Translations under genes and position numbers: made by a program
DNA from: Nemertoderma westbladi
Lineage: Eukaryota; Animalia; Xenacoelomorpha
Assembly: GCA_032718475.1 (NCBI GenBank)
Contig: JAUCBJ010008783.1
Span: 1 to 32,075 of the forward strand
DNA: 32,075 nucleotides
Direction of reading: 5' to 3'
Shown here: positions 11,583-23,447 of the stretch, piece by piece
How the letters are laid out: each line of letters starts with the position of its first letter
How positions within the stretch are numbered: the first letter of the stretch is position 1
Notes under the pieces: model-generated
What the model was told of the DNA's origin: nothing
Databases searched by the model: none
What the model saw: only the letters and a program-made list of their open reading frames with translations

Positions 11583-11862
11583 AATGTAAATACTCCATCG
11601 TTTTTCAATAAATTAGAAATTTCGGTGAATTGTCTTGACAAAATTGTAGACAGAATTTTGAAATTTTGATCAGAAGTATTTTAATGTATTTTATTTTGGG
11701 ATGATATTTTTTTCAAATTATCGGCTCAAAACATAACTTACTCTCAAAATTTCAAAATTCTGTCTATACAAGAATTTATTGGTTAATTAATATGTCAAGA
11801 CAAGAAACATTCACTGACAATTTCGAACAAATTGATTAAAAAATTACGGAGTAGTTACATTT
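11583..11862. mobile_element. Imperfect palindrome / MITE remnant
   Basis: aatgtaaatactcc...tgtcttgaca...tagacagaattttgaaattttga is mirrored by tcaaaatttcaaaattctgtcta...tgtcaagaca...ggagtagttacatt. Confidence 0.65.
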
Positions 11863-12019
11863 TGAGTGAAGCAAAAAGCGAGAAATATTAATTCTGAGTA
11901 AAATGCGTTTAAAGTTTGAACCTTCACGCGCAAAATCATCAGTCTCTATGTGACTGCCAATAAAAAAAATAATTAAAGTAATAATTTGTTATTAAGGAAC
12001 CAGACAGCTCGAATTTTCA

Positions 12020-12300
12020 CTGGTTTCGCTGATTTCAAATCTGATGTCAATTTTCAAGTTTGGCAAAATCTAGTCATTGGGGGTTTTTCTGGTCGGTGAT
12101 TTCATTTCCGAGGTCAGTTTTGATTTTTGGTTGAATTTTGTCTGTCTATATATCAGTGTGTCTCTCTATTGGTCGGCCTTTCTGTCTGTTCGACTCCAGT
12201 CAACATATAAAAAACACAGTCTAGATAATATTTTCATTACGGGGTTTTTGAGGTCGCTGATTTAATTTCCGATGTCAGTTTTAATGTTTGGCAAAACCTA
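12020..12300 (+). repeat. Degenerate repeat with GGGGTTTTTnnGGTCGCTGATTT motifs (Helitron/Helentron-type internal repeat)
   Basis: Three related copies at ~12022, 12079 and 12241. Family assignment rests on resemblance only. Confidence 0.45.
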
Positions 12301-12330
12301 ACTTTAATGGCCAATATTGTTTAGCTGTGT

Positions 12331-13940
12331 GGGGCGAGCCACGAAGTGAGTGAGCCTTAGCGTAGTGGTACCATTAATCAACCTGTCGTTCTGTCGTTCT
12401 GTCGCTTTTTTTGCAGTGTTCAATTTTAAACGTTAATAACTCGGCCAATCTTTGATGAAATCTATCCAAACTTGGTACACATGTTGTTTGGCAAAAGTTT
12501 AGAAATTTTCCAAGTAGAATTTCCTTGTGGCCTTCGAGAAGCTAAGATAATAGCAGTTAATTAGTTAATTAAGTTATTACGGTAAAAACACCATTTTCAA
12601 CCTGCCTTTTAAAGGAAATTAATTGTTTTACAGTATAAGATTTAAATAATTATAATTAAAAATTATACAGATGTAATCCACATACCCCATTCTATTATAG
12701 TTTTTAATTAGTTCAAGTGATTTGCTTTATTAATTGCGTCTTTAATTGATCTAAAGTAATTAAAACGTCATAAAAAATTGATTCTCATTAAATACTGCTC
12801 ATTTATTGGCTAACATGCTGGTAAGATGGAAGGATGTGTGTGTAAGGCAGCAGCTAGTTGCTGGGAATGATTATTGGTCATGTCTCTGCTGGTGTGGAGC
12901 TAGCTTGGAGTTGTGGCTGTAGACTAACCAGAGAGAAATTGTAATAGGCAACCAGTATTGCTATTCCAGCCCAGGCAGCATTCCAACATCCCAACATCCT
13001 TCCTGTATTGACTCTACTATAAGTGTTGTATTGCTATCTCAGGTAAATGACAGATATAATAACATAAATACCATCCATGGCATGGCTGTTGTGTAGGCTT
13101 ATCTGAAATAGTTTATTCCACAATGTATATGTCTGGTTATTTTTTAATTGAATTTTTGCAAAGTAGTAAAATTAATGTTCTTAAAAATAATATTATTATT
13201 TTATATGTAACCTAGGAAATTAGCTACATTTTTTCGCTGCAGCTTTAAGAGTGTACATTGATTTAATATTATTTCAATACCCATATTACTACATCGGCAT
13301 AAGATGCGTTGGCGTTGTATCACACATCTCCACATATCACACATCTCCACATAGATGTATCGCACAGTTTCGAAACTTCGCATAGTTATAACTGTATAAA
13401 GATCGTCAGTCTGCGTTTAGGAAAAATATTTTATGACAAAACAGGACAAGCGACGAGCGCAACGAGGCATATAATGAAGACGAGTACCTCGTTGACTAAA
13501 TTATTATATAAACCACCTGGCTTCACATATTGATCGCATCCCTAGTTATTATTATTATAAATATCGTCAGCCTGCGTTTAAGAAATATATTTAAATACAA
13601 AACAGGACGAACGCAAAGAGGCTTATAATGAAAACGAGTACTGCGTTTATTATATTCCTATAAACCACCTGGCTTTGCATATTTAACGTGCGATTGGAAA
13701 TAAGTTCGTGCTACCCTTCCGTGGGTGGTAGATGTCCCGGTTATGTATTGGTGGTTGGGAAGGTTGGGGGGGGGGGGGATTAAAGGGGGTGAACACGTAC
13801 TGTCCCCCTTTCTTTGATTGATTGGTGGTGTGGGTAAATTTCTCAAAACCTGATTTTGTGATACAGTCGCTCAATTTTAATTTGTATCTAATAACTGGGC
13901 CTCGTGCTGCGCGAAGGCCCCACGAACGTGTGTTTCTCGT
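12331..13940 (+). mobile_element. DINE-1/HINE-like non-autonomous element, copy 1 (long)
   Basis: 5' gggcgagccacg...gagccttagcgta, short ctgtcgtt repeats, aaacttggtacac core, and 3' tgcgcgaaggccccacgaacgtgt; the 5', core and 3' blocks are shared with 15158-15607. Confidence 0.55.
13402..13683 (+). repeat. Diverged ~125-bp direct duplication
   Basis: atcgtcagtctgcgttt...aaaccacctggctt occurs at 13402-13531 and again at 13563-13683. Confidence 0.8.
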
Positions 13941-14842
13941 ATAGAACCAGGAAAAGTAATAAAATTATAGGTTACAACATTTATCTCATAAAAATGGTGG
14001 CTAGTCAAACACCCGGTGTATTTGCACCTCGCACCGCCCTTGAACCGTTAACATTGAGACAAGATTATTAGTTCGCCGAAATGGGATTTGCATCAAATCG
14101 GTTCTATCAAAATAAACTAAAACCAGTATTTCCGCAACCACTGGAACAAACAACACAAAGGAAATTCAGTGGAACAAAAAAAGCGACCCAATAAGAACAA
14201 GTTGTTTGACCTGATATGATAATCATATACTATCGATTTATTTGTGCGAACAATATCCCGATATGGAAGGAATTGTGGTATTAACTCTAACTGGTCGAAC
14301 CTGAAACCAAACCCGGTGGGTGGGTGACTTACCTCTCCTACCTAAATAGCTAGCAGCATCGATTGTATACTGAGAATATAAATTTAACTGATTAACCGTT
14401 ATGGCTTGGAACTGAGTGTATTAGTTTTAGTCACAGGTGAGGGAAGGGGGGTTAGTTAGAATAGCCCACATACACTGTCAATTAGCTTATTGCGAGGGAA
14501 AAAAGGATAGCCAACCTCCATCCAACCCTATTAATTCCGGGTTCACCTCCCTTACGTTGCAACAAAATGGCGCTGATTACACTTTCCAAATTGATTTTAG
14601 TGAACCGTGTCAATGTGAACTCCACAAACCAAATGTAATAATAACAACCAGGACAGCTGGCGGTAATCAAATATGTTGTGTAGTTCATTTTCATAAAGCG
14701 ACTATAGATAATGAAAACATTCAAACATCAACACGTCGATAAGGTAGATTTAAAACGGACTTATCCGGGGCAAATAATGTCCGGATATCGCTGGTTCAAC
14801 CCCCATCCGATTCAATATATTGGGGCGATATAAAAGGAGACA

Positions 14843-15064
14843 GGGGGGGAAACTGGACGCAAAACCCGCCTTAATATCCCACTTCAATGTTAAATTCTTA
14901 ATTTAGGGAAAGGAGCAGGTTACAGTGGCACGTTATTTTAACCAAAACAATAAACTAAACACAATAGAACAGGTTACAGTTTTATTTTTGAGAGAAATCA
15001 GCTGTTATTTGCGTCGAATTTCCCCTGGAGAGGGATGAATTTTTATTGCGTCCAGTTTCCTCCC
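14843..15064. mobile_element. Short MITE-like element; related fragments near 11391-11428, 19792-19848 and 21269-21320
   Basis: Terminal inverted repeats ggggggaaactggacgcaa / ttgcgtccagtttcctccc. Internal aatcagctgttatttgcgtcg...ctggagagggatgaatt recurs at 19792 (+) and 11391 (-); tttagggaaaggagcaggttacagtggcacgtta recurs inverted at ~21269. Confidence 0.6.
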
Positions 15065-15157
15065 TAATCTGCCAAACCCACATTGTAAGGGAATAGTATG
15101 AACATTATGCATCAAAAGAAAGCATTTTCAAAGGCGATTTCGTAATTGTTTGTTGTT

Positions 15158-15607
15158 GGGCGAGCCACGTAAGTCCAAGCGAGCCTTAGCGTATGGGTAT
15201 AATTAGTGGACCCATCTGTCGTCATTGTGGAAATTGTTTGAACGCTAATAAGTCGGTCAATTCTCTGATGAAATGGAACCAAATTTGGTACACAAGTAGT
15301 CTATAAAAGTTTAGAAATTCTACACAAAGACATGGATCTATAGTTCATCTGTTGACCGCTAGGGGGCGAATGGATCTCGTCACCCAGGTTAGGTACGGTA
15401 ATTAAATACTGTAAATATAAAATTTGCTGAATGTGTTGTAAATTGACTTTAGATATACTTGTTTCCTTAACCCCTCCACCACACCACCACTCATCCCTTC
15501 TGTCCTCTAGCTGCTGCAGCTGGACTATACTAGCTATTGCTATTAATTGTTTGTCTGTATTAGCGCACTCTACAACGTGTGCGCGAAGTCCCCATGTACG
15601 TGTTCCG
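15158..15607 (+). mobile_element. DINE-1/HINE-like non-autonomous element, copy 2 (short)
   Basis: Same 5' block (gggcgagccacg...gagccttagcgta...aaatttggtacac...aaaagtttagaaatt) and 3' block (tgcgcgaagtccccatgtacgtgt) as 12331-13940. Confidence 0.55.
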
Positions 15608-15636
15608 CTGAGGTACCAATTATTTGCAATGTTATT

Positions 15637-15990
15637 GGCTATAACGCTGGTTGCAGTAGGGGACTATGGTTTTGGCTATAACGCTGGTTGCAGTAGGGGA
15701 CTATGGTTTTTTGGCTATAACGCTGGTTGCAGTAGGGGACTATGGTTTTTTGGCTATAACGCTGGTTGCAGTAGGGGACTATGGTTTCCCTGTATAACGC
15801 TGGTTGCAGTAGGGGACTATGGTTTTTTGGCTATAACGCTGGTTGCAGTAGGGGACTATGGTTTTTTGGCTATAACGCTGGTTGCAGTAGGGGACTATGG
15901 TTTCCCTGTATAACGCTGGTTGCAGTAGGGGACTATGGTTTTCCTGTTGGCTATAACGCTGGTTGCAGTAGGGGACTATGGTTTTCCTGT
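15637..15990. repeat. ~39-bp minisatellite, 9 copies
   Basis: Unit GGCTATAACGCTGGTTGCAGTAGGGGACTATGGTTTTTT, with a TTTCCCTGTATAAC variant. Confidence 0.95.
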
Positions 15991-16305
15991 CTACAGATCC
16001 GAATCTGTTCAAATCTACAGATCTTCAAAACCTTTCCATGAATTTGGATAATTGTTTTTTGTGTGTTAAAGATGAATAATTACAGATTAAGATTAACAAC
16101 AAATGAAAGTATTGCCTGTGTAACCACAATTGATTGATATATTATATTTTTCCATTTGGGACATAGAAAATAGCTGTATAGTAGAAAATAACGGGTTATA
16201 GGACAAACGAGTGTTAGGCTAGATCTCATGTCAGTACGGAAACATTCGGAAATAACATATTTCCGGAAAACTCCCATATCCCTCCCTATACACGTGTGTT
16301 TTTAC

Positions 16306-16408
16306 CTTGGGGTTTAAATCGTAAAAACAGAACCATTTAAATCGGAGAAGTAGGAGGTCGCATTCCTTTATATGTTGTTCTAGCAAAGATCGTGATGAGT
16401 CGAGCCAT
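16306..16408 (-). CDS. FERMT: Kindlin/fermitin internal exon (end of FERM F1 subdomain)
   Basis: Minus strand tttag|A TGG...CCC AAG|gtaaaa; 103 nt = 1 nt + 34 codons, [34 protein letters not shown]. Matches the recalled kindlin motif [11 protein letters not shown]...LLLRFKYYSFFDLNPK. Confidence 0.96.
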
Positions 16409-16518
16409 CTAAACAAAGAGAAACAATAAAAATACATTAATATTAATGTTGCCATCAAAAACCAACACTTACCAAATACACTGAGATACGGTAACTAATT
16501 CTGGTGAATAAAGATTCC

Positions 16519-18797
16519 CATTACATTACAGTTATACATTACATTACAGTTATACATTACATTACATTACATTACAGTTATACATTACATTACAGTTATA
16601 CATTACATTACAGTTATACATTACATTTACAGTTATACATTACATTACAGTTATACATTACATTACAGTTATACATTACATTACAGTTATACATTACATT
16701 TACAGTTATACATTACATTACAGTTATACATTACATTACAGTTATACATTACATTACATTACAGTTATACATTACATTACATTACAGTTATACATTACAT
16801 TTACAGTTATACATTACATTTACAGTTATACATTACATTACATTACATTACATTACAGTTATACATTACATTTACAGATATACATTACATTTACAGTTAT
16901 ACATTACATTACATTACAGTTATACATTACATTACAGTTATAGATTACATTACAGTTATACATTACATTACATTACAGTTATACATTACATTACACTACA
17001 GTTATACATTACATTACAGTTATACATTACATTACATTACAGTTATACATTACATTACATTACAGTTATACATTACACTACAGTTATACATTACATTACA
17101 GTTACAGTTATACATTACATTACAGTTATACATTACATTACATTACAGTTATACATTACATTACATTACAGTTATACATTACATTACATTACAGTTATAC
17201 ATTACATTACATTACAGTTATACATTACATTACATTACAGTTATACATTACATTTACAGTTATACATTACATTACATTACAGTTATACATTACATTACAG
17301 TTATACATTACATTACAGTTATACATTACATTGCAGTTATACATTACACTACAGTTATACATTACATTACAGTTATACATTACATTACATTACAGTTATA
17401 CATTACATTACATTACAGTTATACATTACATTACAGTTATACATTACATTACATTACAGTTATACATTACATTTAAAGTTATACATTACATTACATTACA
17501 GTTATACATTACATTACAGTTATACATTACATGACAGTTATACATTACATTGCAGTTATACATTACATTGCAGTTATACATTACACTACAGTTATACATT
17601 ACATTACAGTTATACATTACATTACAGTTATACATTACATTGCAGTTATACATTACACTACAGGTATACATTACATTACAGTTATACATTACATTACATT
17701 ACAGTTATACATTACATTACAGTTATACATTACATTACAGTTATACATTACATTGCAGTTATACATTACACTACAGTTATACATTACATTACAGTTATAC
17801 ATTACATTACAGTTATACATTACATTTACAGTTATACATTACATTACATTACAGTTATACATTACATTACATTACAGATATACATTACATTACATTACAG
17901 ATATACATTACATTACATTACATTACAGTTATACATTACATTTACAGTTATACATTACATTACAGTTATACATTACATTTACAGTTATACATTACATTAC
18001 ATTACAGTTATACATTACATTACATTACAGTTATACATTACATTACAGTTATACATTACATTTACAGTTATACATTACATTACAGTTATACATTACATTT
18101 ACAGTTATACATTACATTACAGTTATACATTACATTTACAGTTATACATTACATTACATTACAGTTATACATTACATTACATTACAGTTATACATTACAT
18201 TACAGTTATACATTACATTTACAGTTATACATTACATTACAGTTATACATTACATTTACAGTTATACATTACATTACAGTTATACATTACATTTACAGTT
18301 ATACATTACATTACAGTTATACATTACATTTACAGTTATACATTACATTACAGTTATACATTACATTTACAGTTATACATTACATTACAGTTATACATTA
18401 CATTTACAGTTATACATTACATTACATTACAGTTATACATTACATTACATTACAGTTACACATTACATTACAGTTATACATTACATTACAGTTATACATT
18501 ACATTTACAGTTATACATTACATTACAGTTATACATTACATTTACAGTTATACATTACATTACAGTTATACATTACATTTACAGTTATACATTACATTTA
18601 CAGTTATACATTACATTACAGTTATACATTACATTTACAGTTATACATTACATTACAGTTATACATTACATTTACAGTTATACATTACATTTACAGTTAT
18701 ACATTACATTTACAGTTATACATTACATTACAGTTATACATTACATTTACAGTTATACATTACATTTACAGTTATACATTACATTACAGTTGTATTA
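16519..18797. repeat. CATTA-based compound satellite, (CATTA)n-CAGTTATA, modal units 18, 19 and 23 bp
   Basis: Continuous cattacattacagttata pattern over ~2.28 kb. Confidence 0.98.
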
Positions 18798-18841
18798 CAC
18801 ATTTAAAATTAACAGAATGTGAGAGAATTTGAATCTGTTTT

Positions 18842-18937
18842 CAGTTTCACTTCCATTAAGGTTGAATCGACATCCGTTATATTATACCCAGTTTCACTTC
18901 CAGTAAGGTTGAATCGACATCCGTTATATTATACCCA
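18842..18937. repeat. 47-bp tandem duplication (2 copies)
   Basis: cagtttcacttcca(t/g)taaggttgaatcgacatccgttatattatacc starts at 18842 and at 18889. Confidence 0.9.
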
Positions 18938-21141
18938 CGCACATTTATTTTGCTATACGTAATGAATAAGAACTCATTCATAGCTTATTGGCTTAGTATA
19001 AAGTATATTCTTAAAGGCAACGGGTGGTCAATCCATGTAGTATAGATAATATAAGAGGGCCCCCCTCCTACGACCTAGTAATTGTGGCCCCATCTACCAC
19101 AATACGTTATTTAAACACCTCGTCTATACGAAACGGCCAATTGAGCAAGGTAATTAACGCAACAAAGCCACAATAATAATCTTCGGAGCAATTAAAACAA
19201 GAGTCCTTCAATGATTCATTATGTGTACGCTGTACGTCTATATAGACATACGGACGTTGAGTATAATACTCAATCACACAGTATGCTGCTATACACAGCG
19301 GGTAATAATTTGGCAACTTATTCATAATTATAAAATTAAAATAGAAAAACATATGAGAATGAAGTAAGATTAGTTTAGTAAGGGATACAATTGTAACTGA
19401 ATCTCAGTTGGCACTAGAATTTAGCGCATAAGAAGGATTACTTATTGTCTTCTTTGAGAAAATAGTTAAAAATACGCCAACGGCTTATAATCCTAAATAC
19501 AAAACTATAGTGCATAATCGTATAGGTTCATCAAAACTCGATTAGACGGGATCCATCGCATTCTTCATTTATACATGCTTGGCTCGGGCCAGGCGACAAT
19601 GGTGAAAACGTTCTTGGTAAATATCTGGAAAAATAAACTATGCTACTATTATTGGAGCCTGGGGGGGGGGGGATACTATGCAAAACTTATCTCTTCGAAG
19701 GAAAGAAGCAGGCTACATTGAGTTGTTTAAGCAAAACAATAAACGAAAGGCAATAGAACATGTTACGGCCACAGTATTATTTATCAGGGTCAATCAGCTG
19801 TTATTTGCGTCGGTTTTCCTCTGGAGAGGGATGAATTTGATTGCGTCGAAAGCCCCCCCACCCCCCGTCGAAACCGAAAGTCTAATACCCGTTATATGAA
19901 ACATGGGAGCTCAAATCAAACTGACAACCTTTAGGTCTGAATAGGTAGGAAATTTAACTGGGTTAAGTGTAATTATATTAGCCCCAATTAAGTTGAAGTT
20001 AGTATCCACAACAAGAATGGTCAACAAGAGACCGAATTAATTACTTTCGGTGTAGAATCAATGATGACACCCGGAAAAGATAAAAATGGTGGGGATGCGA
20101 GTAATGACTAATGGTAATACATATGACAACAATGAGATATACTGAAACTAATTATAGTTAGATTGTGATTGTACATTTGGTTAAAATTAGAAATTGGATG
20201 AATTTAAACCAAAATTATCATGTCTACCGACCATTCAATACGCCAAATCAATGAAAGGCTATGTTTAAACACATAAATACAAGACCTAATTAAGTGGATG
20301 TTATATATTAAGTAAAACCAGAAGGGTTCCCCCAGACAACATATTCACTTAATAATGTTGGAATGACAACAGGTCTGTACAGGTATTCCCTTCCCCATCT
20401 ACAGTAAGGGAGTACAGCTTCAGATATAACTCCCAAATGGGTTTATAGGTCAGACAGTTGGTTTTGTCGAACCAGAGACAACAACGTTGTATGAAAGTCA
20501 TTAAACCGAAAAGTAACATGTAAGTTAAGAGCAATCAAGTCAACTTTTTACAGCATAAATTACTCTTCTATTTATAACATATGAGTCACTATTAGGTATT
20601 AGTAAAGTAAATAATTCCTTTCCATTTAAGATACTAGTATTGCTTATTAACCATTCGCAATATCTGAAGCAACGGTAAGTAATTGGCACAGTATGAAGTC
20701 CAGATCCCAAAGCCAATAGAGGGAAGTAATATTGGAACATGAAACTCAAAACACCAACATATATCAAGCTCAGTGTTTGATTGGATCAAGTTGGACAACT
20801 TTATTTGTAATACTACGACTGAGAACTGCTGGGGAAACAACAGTTTTACAATATTGTAAAACGTAAATGAGTGTTCAACATTGAGAAATGGTTTCTAAAA
20901 AAATTAGTGTCAGGGCTCACTGATTTTTTTACCATAACATCATATTGTTTTAAGAACCAAACGGTTTTATTGATTGAGTGAAATAAAAAATATTTAATTG
21001 TATAAAAGTAAAAATAATTAGATAAATAAATAAACCTATTTCAGCAAGCATATCTTCAAAAATCACATTTTTGGACTTTGATTAGATAAATTAAAGCTAA
21101 AGGTGCCGAAACATTTTGAAGTTGACTTAGCCACTTCGTAA

Positions 21142-21220
21142 TACTACTACTAGGTCGAGCGAGCTCGGGCAGTGAAATGAGATCCTTCCAGGCTTTCCGA
21201 TTCTCCATAGTTGTCGTAAA
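21142..21220 (-). mobile_element. Very short 3' fragment of an RTE-like LINE with (AGT)n tail
   Basis: Minus strand reads TTMENRKAWKDLISLPELARP followed by agtagtagta; ttcgtaa on both flanks is a possible 7-bp TSD. Confidence 0.45.
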
Positions 21221-22589
21221 TTCGTAAATTCATGGGCACAGCTGGAGAAGTAAACAAGAGGTCATACCTAACGTGCCCCTGTAACCTGTTCCTTTCCCTA
21301 AATTATTAATTTAACATTGAGACGAAATATTAATTCGCCGATACTCCCCCCCCCCCCCCCCCCCCCCTCCTGTTACAAGAACTGGTTTTGTGAACTTAAT
21401 TTTCCAGAGAGAGATGAAACCACAATCAATGCCACTAGAGAGATACAGTGCACGTAGCTTATGTACACCGGAAATAGTATAATCTCTTAAAACAATATGA
21501 TGTAAGATTTAATAAACTAAATCAAACATTATTTACGGCTTAATATGTTAAACCGTCAAAAATTATACTGAAACGTGCAAGATACAAACCAAAAGGCCAC
21601 AGGGGATTAAGCCAAATGCATGTGTAATAATAAGTGCACTAGTAACAGCACAATAACACACCTAACGCCAGCGGCTAAAACCGGTACACTGTAGTCGCAA
21701 GGTTATAGCTGTAGGGCCAATTTCCCAGACCTAAAACATTCGTACGCATCCGTCCACCCTGCAGGCAACAACCAACCACCAGTTGCTGAAACAAACTTTG
21801 CGCCGCACGTCCAGACAATAGCAGGGGGGGGGGGGGGGGGGTCGGCTTATGCGCAGCCACATTGCGCCATTCACACGCCACAAAGAATCAGTCAGGCGTT
21901 GAAATAGATGCTTGAACGTATCAGACCCGGGAATACCACGGTAAAAGCGCGAAAAGATCAATTCGTTTTAAAATACCTCTCGCCGGACCCGGCATCCCGT
22001 CATACCCATGTTCATCGGAGTGTCACAACAAAAGCCGATCAAGAGCTACTATTAAACGACACATTGACACAATTATTTTCGTTGTTAGTCGCTTGAATCG
22101 CTAAGTGGGAACGTCAAATGCCACCAGTAGTTGGGGGTATTATACTTATTGATTGCGAGTATCTCAAAGGTGGAGAAAGTACGGCAAGCAGCCATCCAAC
22201 ACTAAGTAACCTCTACCTACAGGCTCTTAGCTTCCGAGCTTCCAGTCTCGGGATTGGGAACACCGCACGCTTCAGTAAACTAGGAAAGGAATTCAATATG
22301 CTTCGATTATAGTAGGATTGGGGCGAGTGAGACACTGACACATTATTGGCTCTATCTCTGCCTCTGGTTCTCCCGTTTGGGGTTTGACACGAGTTGGGTG
22401 TACGGCTTAGGTTGAATAAACATGACTGCAATTTCCGATATATCTGAGTGCCGGAGATGTAGAGAAATGAGCCAAGAAAACCAATTACAGAAGCAATTTA
22501 TGACGGTAATTATGCATGGATGAAATACAAATAGGTTCCCAAATGCCTGTGGTCGGGGTGTTGGTGGAAATGTGACTTGGTAAAGTGCC

Positions 22590-23447
22590 ACTTTTGGCGT
22601 AATGTCCTGATCCTATGTTTTTTGTTAGTTTGTGGGGTGTAAGTAAGACTCTAGTGTTTTACCCATTTAGTTTATATATATACCGAGTCCCCATTAGTCA
22701 GTATGTCGGTACATTAGACAATCATCATATTATCAAGTGTAGAGCAGAATTCCGACATTCACTGCAAATTGTAAAATCTAATATATTTTTTATTCTTTAT
22801 ACTGTGTGTGTTGTGTTTGCCCCAGCAACCTACCAGTTATTCCATTGGTATCACTGATCTACTTACTTATAGGGTTCCAATGGTCTGTGGTCTGATGTCT
22901 GTTTGGGATAGGTGGTAACAGAGTTCATGGTGCGATTTTTTAGGTCAATTGGTGCCATATAGATAGGCTTTGTTTGGGTAATCCTTTGTCCAGTTAATGA
23001 GGTGTCGAGATTCCCGCGTACTGGGTCTCAGACACCGAAACGCAACCATATTTTTCACAAATTAAATATTTTTGCCCTAGTCCTACCCCTTTCACGGCGA
23101 CAAAATTCGAACATTGTCATATATTTTCTTATAGAATAATATAGGCTTAGCTTTTGTGCAGTATACTACCGGTATCATTTAGTAATGGCGGTTAGATTAG
23201 GGTTAGGGTGCGATACATACCTGTATGTTGAGCATGTTTCAATATATTTGTTTATGTCGTTTTTGTTTGTATTGTTTGTGTTGTTTTTTGATGGCCTTAG
23301 GGCTGAGCACTACTTTGGGCGTAATGCCCTGATCCTATGTTTTTTGTTAGTTTGTGGGGTGTAAGACTCTAGTGTTTTACCCATTTAGTTTATATATATA
23401 CCGAGCACCCATTAGTCAGTATGTCGGTACATTAGGCAATTATCATA
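22590..23447 (+). repeat. Pair of ~138-bp direct repeats (22590-22729 and 23312-23447)
   Basis: ggcgtaatg(t/c)cctgatcctatgttttttgttagtttgtggggtgtaag...cattagtcagtatgtcggtacattag is near-identical in both copies. Confidence 0.9.

Noticed and set aside
15431-16041. 160-, 86- and 77-aa ORFs
   Set aside because: They are products of the 39-bp minisatellite.
16504-18832. 772-, 433- and 418-aa ORFs (HYITVI/LQLYIT repeats)
   Set aside because: All three + frames are open because the CATTA satellite lacks stop codons. The region is intronic, antisense to kindlin, and shows no domain signal.
18842-18937. Same 47-bp period as the large satellite
   Set aside because: No sequence similarity to the 6706-10897 unit; treated as coincidence.
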